DNA from: a virus
Lineage: Duplodnaviria; Caudoviricetes
IMG/VR virus record: IMGVR_UViG_3300038424_000095
Coordinates: 1-60,648 of that record
Strand: one strand, 5' to 3'
Length of the DNA: 60,648 nt
Shown: piece after piece, positions 54,880 to 60,648 of the stretch
Layout: every line of letters begins with the position of its first letter
Numbering within the stretch: the first letter of the stretch is position 1
The notes under the pieces: generated by a model
Databases searched by the model: none
Told to the model about the DNA's origin: nothing
The model's input: the letters and a program-made list of their open reading frames with translations, nothing else
Translations under genes and position numbers: made by a program

Positions 54880-55630
54880 GTTCTGCCTCCTCCTGTCTTC
54901 TCTTGCCCCAATCGAGGATACCAGCCGATGATTTGCTTATCAGTGGTTGACCGCTGTTCGGTTCTGTTGCCAGTTGATCCTCCCATCCTTTCCTGTTCAA
55001 CCACGTAGCCGGATATGGGATATACTGGCCACTATCCTTAAGCCAATCGGTCGAGGTCTTGGCACGCTGTACGGCTGAGAGGATTTCTCCTGTCAGGTGC
55101 TCGCTCGGATTGATCTTGGCCCATGCGTTTTCCGCATCTCCCTTGGCTACTTTGCGTGGGTACTCTGTCCAGAATTTTTGAAATGCTTCTAACAGAATCT
55201 CTTTCGAGGGTTTCGGTTTCTGTTTCGGTTTAACTTCTGTTTCTGTTTCGTCAGTGAGTACTCCGTGAGGAATCAGTGAGCCATCAAGAATATGTGATGG
55301 TGGCTCAGGATTTCTCTGCAAAGATGGACGGTTGATTGTTTGATGCTTAGGAAAGGTGCGAATATAGTAGTATTTCTCGCCATCGGCCTCAAAAGGAATG
55401 ATGCAGTGCATTGCCTCAAGTTCTTTTAACCACTTCAAAAAATCGGGCGGCTTAATTTCGTCGTAGGGGAAAATCTTGTTCTTAAGCCACAAGGGATGCC
55501 CTTTTACCACGGCGTAGTCATCAGAATGATTCCACATGCCTATAAACGTGAGCCGGGCATCTCTGGAAGTATTTACCGCCAACTTCTCATCATCCCAAAA
55601 CTCAGGCTTGACTATTCTGGATCGAGCCAT
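54857..55630 (-). CDS. Replication initiator protein
   Basis: MARSRIVKPEFWDDEKL N-domain; FWTEYPRKVAK...YIPYPATWLN C-domain. Confidence 0.85.
   Translation of the reverse strand: MARSRIVKPEFWDDEKLAVNTSRDARLTFIGMWNHSDDYAVVKGHPLWLKNKIFPYDEIKPPDFLKWLKELEAMHCIIPFEADGEKYYYIRTFPKHQTINRPSLQRNPEPPSHILDGSLIPHGVLTDETETEVKPKQKPKPSKEILLEAFQKFWTEYPRKVAKGDAENAWAKINPSEHLTGEILSAVQRAKTSTDWLKDSGQYIPYPATWLNRKGWEDQLATEPNSGQPLISKSSAGILDWGKRRQEEAEREENGLT
55209..55283. other. Putative replication origin inside the initiator gene
   Basis: Three 11-bp-phased TC(A/C)GTGAG repeats (55251, 55262, 55273) next to a strand-biased GAAAC repeat tract. Confidence 0.55.
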
Positions 55631-55859
55631 TCTTAGCTCCGCCCCCGTATGTTCCGCAACCTATATGGCACCAATGACACAGCGTTCTTCCGTTGTCGAC
55701 GTCGTATTTAAGGTCCGGTCTTAAGCAACGAGGAATTATATGATCCGATTCAAGGCGGTATTTACATCCACACAAGACACACTGATGCCCATCTCGTTCA
55801 AACACCAGTTTTCTCCAGGCGTCGTATGACATCGGTCGAATCTTCTTAGATCCCCTCAT
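55602..55859 (-). CDS. HNH endonuclease
   Basis: WRKLVFERDGHQCVLCG...SDHII...NGRTLCHWCH. Confidence 0.85.
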   Translation of the reverse strand: MRGSKKIRPMSYDAWRKLVFERDGHQCVLCGCKYRLESDHIIPRCLRPDLKYDVDNGRTLCHWCHIGCGTYGGGAKNGSIQNSQA

Positions 55860-56158
55860 CCCTTCTTCCTCTCCTTCCACCTCACTGAGCTCGCCCGCCT
55901 CTGCCTTTTCAGGACGACCATACTGCACGGCGAACAGTACTTTTGGTTCCCGCTGATAGGGTGGTAGGGCTTATGGCACTCGTCGCAGGACCTGGTCTGG
56001 TTCATAGGGCGCTTGCCTTTGGGGGGCTTGTGGTTGGCGGGATCGTCGGCCTCGGGCTTGCGCACGATGATAAGCCCACAGCAATGCAGCCACAACTCGT
56101 CCTTCGATGCGTCGATGCGCTCAGAAACAAGGGGAGTTGTGCAATGGGGGCAATTCAT
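55856..56158 (-). CDS. Zn-finger protein
   Basis: CPHC, CDEC...QKYCSPC. Confidence 0.65.
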   Translation of the reverse strand: MNCPHCTTPLVSERIDASKDELWLHCCGLIIVRKPEADDPANHKPPKGKRPMNQTRSCDECHKPYHPISGNQKYCSPCSMVVLKRQRRASSVRWKERKKG

Positions 56159-56694
56159 TTTTTTGGCCTCACAAACCCTAGTTTCAATCGCCGTTTGTAC
56201 CGTCTACCCCTTTCTGTATCTCTTTTTGTCAAGCAGAGTCGGCTTCCGCATGTCTTCGGCGCCGTGCCGTGTTGTCGAGGATTAATTAAGAATTCCACGC
56301 CGCACGATGTGCAGATGCCAATCATGGATTTTCGCGTAGGGACGCAGGCAAAATGCCGATATACTATCTGTTCCGGCAGTTGGTACGTTGTCATGTTTTC
56401 AGGATCGTCCCAGGCCTTACAGACCGAGCACCGCTTCTTGCGAGGATCGCCCGTCGCAGCATAAGACTTCTGCCTGGTATGAAGAAGCATGTGATATTCG
56501 TGGTCTTCGCAAATTACAAGTGGGCCGCCGTTCAGACCGCCATCTGCATGATGGACCGGAGCTTTTGCGGGCAACGGTTTACCGAGAGCTTTCTCTGCCA
56601 CAGCCCTATGAAGATTGACATTCTTTCCATTGACTCTCGCTTGCTTATAGGTTTTGCCATTGTATGGCTTTACGAAGGCAAGTTTTTTATCCAT
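56155..56694 (-). CDS. HNH endonuclease with C-terminal Zn modules
   Basis: LHRAVAEKALGKPLP...VHHADG...LVICEDHEYHMLLH; CSVC, CTSC. Confidence 0.8.
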   Translation of the reverse strand: MDKKLAFVKPYNGKTYKQARVNGKNVNLHRAVAEKALGKPLPAKAPVHHADGGLNGGPLVICEDHEYHMLLHTRQKSYAATGDPRKKRCSVCKAWDDPENMTTYQLPEQIVYRHFACVPTRKSMIGICTSCGVEFLINPRQHGTAPKTCGSRLCLTKRDTERGRRYKRRLKLGFVRPKK

Positions 56695-56865
56695 GAGGTC
56701 CCTCGCACTTCTCTACATCCTGAAGCAATCGGCAATAAGGCGGCGTGCCTTTCTCTTTCCCGTCTATCCGGGGGAAGGATTGAAGGGGTTCGTCCCAAAG
56801 CCAGTTACAGAATGAACATGAATTTTTGAGGGAGGATGGAGTACAGAGGGAGGCGACCGGGATCG

Positions 56866-57270
56866 TCATACCTTGATGACCGCCTCAAGCTTGTGCTCCC
56901 TGATCTGTTCTTTCAGGAGCCGGAGCTCCTCCTCGGCGCTCATCTTAGGCTTTTCCTCCGAAGGGTTCCTCCCTATGATCTCCAGAACGAAGTCGAGGGC
57001 CTCCTGTGCGAGAAGGTCAGGGGCGAGCACCATGAGGGCCCCCGTGAAACATATCTGCCACCGTTTCTGGTGATCTTCATTGTTGCTGTTGAGCACTTCA
57101 GACATGTAACTGTACGAGACATCGCACACCGCGGCGAGGTGCTTCCTGTCGATGCCCGCGGCTACCCCTTTGAGACGGCGCTCAAGTTCGGCCCCGAAGG
57201 CCTTAGCCTTCCCCGCCTGCTCCTGTACCGCCAACTCCTCGAACGTGCCTTGATTCATGCGATCCTCCAT
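56866..57270 (-). CDS. CII-like HTH regulator
   Basis: KHLAAVCDVSYSYMSEVLN HTH; position immediately after the cro-like gene. Confidence 0.6.
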   Translation of the reverse strand: MEDRMNQGTFEELAVQEQAGKAKAFGAELERRLKGVAAGIDRKHLAAVCDVSYSYMSEVLNSNNEDHQKRWQICFTGALMVLAPDLLAQEALDFVLEIIGRNPSEEKPKMSAEEELRLLKEQIREHKLEAVIKV

Positions 57271-57342
57271 GGGCTTGCGTAACCTTGCGTAAAAACTAAC
57301 GATGGACTACGCAAGGGCAAAACGGATAAAAAAAGACATGAA

Positions 57343-57552
57343 TCAGGCACATTGCTCTTCAGCCGTGAAGACTTCGATGGAGGCACCCAGTTCGGTGGCC
57401 ATTCTTTCAAGCACGCCGATGGTAGGGTTTATCTTTTCCCCCGCCTCTATCTTGGAGATCATCGACCGATCTATGCCTACCCGTTCGGCCAGCTCTGCCT
57501 GCGTCATGCCTTTCGCCATTCTGAGGTCTTTGAGCTTCGTTCCTATCATCAT
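57343..57552 (-). CDS. Cro-like XRE HTH protein (leaderless)
   Basis: LKDLRMAKGMTQAELAERVGIDRSMISKIEAG; divergent from the repressor. Confidence 0.85.
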   Translation of the reverse strand: MMIGTKLKDLRMAKGMTQAELAERVGIDRSMISKIEAGEKINPTIGVLERMATELGASIEVFTAEEQCA

Positions 57553-57591
57553 GTGCATATTATTCACTTGGGGGCAGTGAATGTCAAGCAC
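57553..57591 (-). promoter_or_regulatory. Leftward early promoter with two operators
   Basis: TTGACA-17bp-AATAAT; operators GTGCTTGACATTCAC and GTGAATAATATGCAC. Confidence 0.8.
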
Positions 57592-57637
57592 AATTTCATC
57601 CTATTCAGAAAAAGCCGATTATCGTAGACTTTTGATC

Positions 57638-58039
57638 ATGGCAAAACCTGACGACACCGCCCCCCAAGAGGAGTTCATCCCCGAGGAGCTGCGAAGGACC
57701 ATCAAAGAATTGCGGTTAAGCAAGAAGCTCGGACAAAAAGCGATAGCTGCCGTTCTTCGAATGGAGCGGAGCAATTACACGAAGATCGAGAGCGGCAAGG
57801 TTAAAAACATAAAGACCGAACACCTCGCGAAGTTAGCAGAGTTCTACAAAGTCGATCTGCACGGCCTAGCGTACGGTCACGCACTGAACCCCACCGCGCT
57901 CCCACACGATGAGTCTCGACTACTTACCGCCTACCGCGAGATCAAAGCAAAGAACAAGCACAGAGCCCCCGGGATGATTGATTATCTTGAGTTCAATCTT
58001 GCTCGCATCAAACGAAGTGACGAAGAATTAACAACTTAG
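57638..58039 (+). CDS. CI-like XRE HTH repressor (no S24 peptidase domain; start uncertain)
   Basis: IKELRLSKKLGQKAIAAVLRMERSNYTKIESG; C-terminal DESRLLTAYR. Confidence 0.8.
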   Translation: MAKPDDTAPQEEFIPEELRRTIKELRLSKKLGQKAIAAVLRMERSNYTKIESGKVKNIKTEHLAKLAEFYKVDLHGLAYGHALNPTALPHDESRLLTAYREIKAKNKHRAPGMIDYLEFNLARIKRSDEELTT

Positions 58040-58066
58040 CAGCGCACTCTGGTAAATGGAGGTAGG

Positions 58067-58282
58067 ATGAGAGGAAAGTTTATAGACTTCTTCCATGCTT
58101 GCCAGGGGAGGGGCGACTACGATCCTCCCGTCCGGCCCGAGTTTCGATGGCAATGCCTTGAGTTCCTCTATGCGTGCGCCTATTACCTCGCAATCGTCTC
58201 AATTGGTCTGCTCTTTGTGCTCACCATCATCTACGTAGCAGGTGTCTTCAGCCACAACTCCTGGATCTGGTTCCTGAAGTAA
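58067..58282 (+). CDS. Small membrane protein next to the repressor (possible superinfection exclusion)
   Basis: GGAGG RBS; long C-terminal hydrophobic segment. Confidence 0.55.
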   Translation: MRGKFIDFFHACQGRGDYDPPVRPEFRWQCLEFLYACAYYLAIVSIGLLFVLTIIYVAGVFSHNSWIWFLK

Positions 58283-58343
58283 ATTAGCTCTTTTCCCTCT
58301 AATCTGACTCCTCCCAAAAATATTTTTACGTCTACTCCAAAAA

Positions 58344-58382
58344 GTGCTTGACATTCACTTTTCATGGGTGCATAGTATTCAC
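58344..58382 (+). promoter_or_regulatory. Rightward early promoter with two operators
   Basis: TTGACA-17bp-CATAGT; operators GTGCTTGACATTCAC and GTGCATAGTATTCAC. Confidence 0.8.
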
Positions 58383-58874
58383 ATGACGATAAACCAGAGA
58401 GAAAAAGCCTTCGTAACGGAAGATGAACAAAATACCTACATCGAACACCCCGCCGTCTTCTGCCTGTCCGATGGGACAAAATACACTCCCGACTTCTACT
58501 GCATTGAAACAGACGAATTCATAGAGGTCTCCGGTACGAGGCAAGCTCACGCCCAAAATAAAGGGAAATACGAACGCTTCAGGGCTGATTACCCAAACCT
58601 GAAGTTTCGCATTGTTAATACAGGCGCATGGAAGGAGAACAATGTGAAAAATCATGATCAGAGCCAAAAAGCCATAGCCTACCGCCTCGGAATAAGTCAG
58701 GTGACAGTAAGCGAGGTTAAACGAGGCAATAAACATACAACCAACAAAGACCTTGCGTTGATGCTTTCCGCCGCTACTGGGAAGCCGGGGATTGATTTTA
58801 TCAGCCCCAGGGCTCGGGAAGCTTACATATTGGCCTATCCGGAGCTTCAGAGCATTCAGGAGCCTACCCCATGA
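58383..58874 (+). CDS. PD-(D/E)xK nuclease-like domain fused to an XRE HTH (leaderless)
   Basis: YTPDFY...FIEVSG; SQKAIAYRLGISQVTVSEVKRG. Confidence 0.7.
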   Translation: MTINQREKAFVTEDEQNTYIEHPAVFCLSDGTKYTPDFYCIETDEFIEVSGTRQAHAQNKGKYERFRADYPNLKFRIVNTGAWKENNVKNHDQSQKAIAYRLGISQVTVSEVKRGNKHTTNKDLALMLSAATGKPGIDFISPRAREAYILAYPELQSIQEPTP

Positions 58875-58923
58875 CCGCCCACAGAGACCTTATCCTCGTC
58901 TCAAAAACCCAAAGGAGGAACCC

Positions 58924-59121
58924 ATGTTCAAGATTGAGAAAGGAATACCGATGTCAAAGCGCAGAAAATACCCTTTTGCAGAAATGGAAATCGGAGACTC
59001 CGTGTTTATTGAAGGACTCAAGAGCGTGGCCGAAATATCTGGATCCTTCCGGGGCCATAGGCCAAAGAAATTCGCAACTCGCCAAGTAGACGGCGGCATC
59101 AGAGTCTGGAGAATAGCATGA
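58924..59121 (+). CDS. Small conserved phage DNA-binding-like protein
   Basis: KIEKGIP...KYPFAEMEIGDSVF...GIRVWRI; AAGGAGG RBS. Confidence 0.75.
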   Translation: MFKIEKGIPMSKRRKYPFAEMEIGDSVFIEGLKSVAEISGSFRGHRPKKFATRQVDGGIRVWRIA

Positions 59122-59172
59122 CCCCCCACGCCGAACTGATCTTTGTAGCAGAAACAGGAAAGGAGGCACGCC

Positions 59173-59838
59173 ATGACTAAAACTGAAATTAAAAAAATCC
59201 TCGACGCACATCTACTCTGGATCAGAACTGATGGCAAAGAAGGGAGCAGGGCGAACCTCTACGGGGCGAACCTCTCCGGGGCGAACCTCTACGAGGCGAA
59301 CCTCTCCGGGGCGAACCTCTCCGGGGCGAACCTCTACGAGGCGAACCTCTCCGGGGCGAACCTCTCCGGGGCGAACCTCTACGAGGCGGACCTCTCCGGG
59401 GCGAACCTCTCCGGGGCGAACCTCTCCGGGGCGAACCTCTCCGGGGCGAACCTCTACGAGGCGAACCTCTCCGGGGCGAACCTCTACGGGGCGAACCTCT
59501 CCGGGGCGAACCTCTACGGGGCGAACCTCTACGAGGCGAACCTCTCCGGTCTACTGAAAAGAAATTCGGTCCACAGCCTTCTGACCGTTATCAATTGGGG
59601 TCAATTGCCCGATGACCTTACCCTTGAGATGATGCGCCATGACGCCGAATCGTGCGGCCAAGAAGCAATGCAGGCGTGGGTTGACAGCGGTCTGTGCCCC
59701 TTCCATGACTCAGTCCGGGATTACCAGTTTCAGGAGAATAAGGCTCTTTGGGTTAAGGGCTCGCCGCAGTATCGCGGCATGGAGTTGCTGAAGAAACTCT
59801 GCGAAGCCAAGGGTTACAAACTTGAGGCCACCCCATGA
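59173..59838 (+). CDS. Pentapeptide repeat protein
   Basis: ILDAHLLW...G.RA then 20 x A(N/D)L(S/Y)(G/E). Confidence 0.92.
   Translation: MTKTEIKKILDAHLLWIRTDGKEGSRANLYGANLSGANLYEANLSGANLSGANLYEANLSGANLSGANLYEADLSGANLSGANLSGANLSGANLYEANLSGANLYGANLSGANLYGANLYEANLSGLLKRNSVHSLLTVINWGQLPDDLTLEMMRHDAESCGQEAMQAWVDSGLCPFHDSVRDYQFQENKALWVKGSPQYRGMELLKKLCEAKGYKLEATP
59251..59550 (+). repeat. 20 x 15-bp coding tandem repeat GCGAACCTCT(C/A)CG(G/A)G
   Basis: Directly visible; encodes the pentapeptide repeats. Confidence 0.95.
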
Positions 59839-60128
59839 AACCCCACGAAACGCCAGGCTCGGACTGGGCTTGGGACTATCTTTCTAAGGAGGAAACGAAA
59901 ATGCGAGTGATCTTCCTACACAAGAACGATGTGTTGTTGATCATGGACTGCCCGGACAACACCAGGGCGATAGACCTTGCCTATGAGACAGACCTGCTCG
60001 CCATCCAGGAGAAGTGTGCCGGAAGCGACATCAAGGTCGAACTCGTATCCCCCTTCCGGACCGGTCACACGGCGCTGTATCAGCCGACAGAGGAGTTTGT
60101 GAGTCTGAGAGGTGGCCCCCATGCCTAA
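59835..60128 (+). CDS. Hypothetical protein
   Basis: ATGA-coupled; alternative start after AAGGAGG near 59901. Confidence 0.5.
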   Translation: MKPHETPGSDWAWDYLSKEETKMRVIFLHKNDVLLIMDCPDNTRAIDLAYETDLLAIQEKCAGSDIKVELVSPFRTGHTALYQPTEEFVSLRGGPHA

Positions 60129-60408
60129 ACTCGTCTGCGTCAAATGCCAAGTGGAACTGAGACCCGAGTTGAACGGCTTCAAGGTTGTGGAAATGATGAG
60201 CGATGACAGACCCTACAAAATATGGGACTCAGACAAATGGAAGTGCCCGGAATGCGGCTTCGAGGTCGTGTCAGGTTTTGGTTATAACGCCGAGAAAGAA
60301 CATTTCGAGACCGGTTTTGACACTCTCTTGGGGAAGATAGAGGCATCGCCAAAGACGGACTGGTGTTATGACTACGAAAAAGTAAAGGCATATGGAGGTG
60401 CCCAATGA
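60121..60408 (+). CDS. Zn-ribbon hypothetical protein
   Basis: CVKC...YKIWDSDKWKCPECG; GAGG RBS. Confidence 0.65.
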   Translation: MPKLVCVKCQVELRPELNGFKVVEMMSDDRPYKIWDSDKWKCPECGFEVVSGFGYNAEKEHFETGFDTLLGKIEASPKTDWCYDYEKVKAYGGAQ

Positions 60409-60648
60409 ACCTCAAAGCCGCCTACCTCTGCATCGACTGTGATTCTGTATGGGAGCCCCAAGGCCCCATCATCTCCTGCCCCCGCTGCACGTCCTCTATC
60501 TGCGTCCCTCTGGCAGCGTGAGTGCCCACTCAGACGATGACCGACAAGGTATGCGTGAAGGTCGCCCAACCCGAGCCGCCGAAGAGGGGGAACAGGAGAT
60601 TTATGCGGGCCATGAGAGAGCCGAGGGGGGTGTGATGTCGGATTTCAG
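60312..60648. repeat. Terminal direct repeat, copy 2
   Basis: Matches 1-337 with two mismatches (60438, 60521). Confidence 0.95.

Larger units (their letters stand above)
1..60648. mobile_element. Complete temperate bacteriophage genome (Caudoviricetes, podovirus-like)
   Basis: Terminase, portal, scaffold, capsid, tail/ejection, lysis, integrase, repressor and replication modules are present; ends are directly repeated; no host housekeeping genes seen. Confidence 0.95.

Noticed and set aside
59251-59550. Possible CRISPR array
   Set aside because: Contiguous 15-bp units with no unique spacers, in frame as pentapeptide repeats; no cas genes
59231-59557. 108-aa GRTSP-repeat ORF
   Set aside because: Alternative-frame reading of the pentapeptide repeat
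1-60648. Canonical tRNA/rRNA genes, alternative genetic code, host assignment
   Set aside because: No full cloverleaf or rRNA recognised; genes are intact in the standard code with all three stops used; the host cannot be named from sequence beyond probably being diderm

Overview
The window is an apparently complete temperate tailed-phage genome of about 60.3 kb. Bases 1-337 repeat at 60312-60648, which suggests a circular assembly. The structural gene set looks podovirus-like (P22-type portal, adaptor/nozzle and ejection proteins; no tape measure or sheath recognised). A lambdoid-style immunity region (57.3-58.4 kb) drives two arms. The + strand arm (58.4 kb through the junction to 7.4 kb) carries recombination genes, a radical SAM enzyme, a tyrosine integrase and a probable attP. 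The - strand arm (57.5 kb down to 7.7 kb) carries cro/cII-like genes, replication, terminase, portal, scaffold, capsid, fibres, tail, ejection proteins and lysis. The most unusual features are: (1) a translationally coupled amidinotransferase-family hydrolase / phosphatidylserine-decarboxylase-like / agmatine-deiminase cassette inside the ejection-protein module, whose first enzyme shares an N-terminal motif with the 2818-aa polyvalent protein; (2) an HNH nuclease carrying a copy of the integrase's N-terminal Zn-ribbon/arm-binding domain, just across the attP repeats; (3) an intact HNH gene nested antisense inside the open 2818-aa ORF; (4) fibre/spike genes with Sec signal peptides, together with an O-antigen-ligase-like membrane protein; (5) an acr-aca-like two-gene moron. 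All product calls come from motif recognition by eye; no database search was run.
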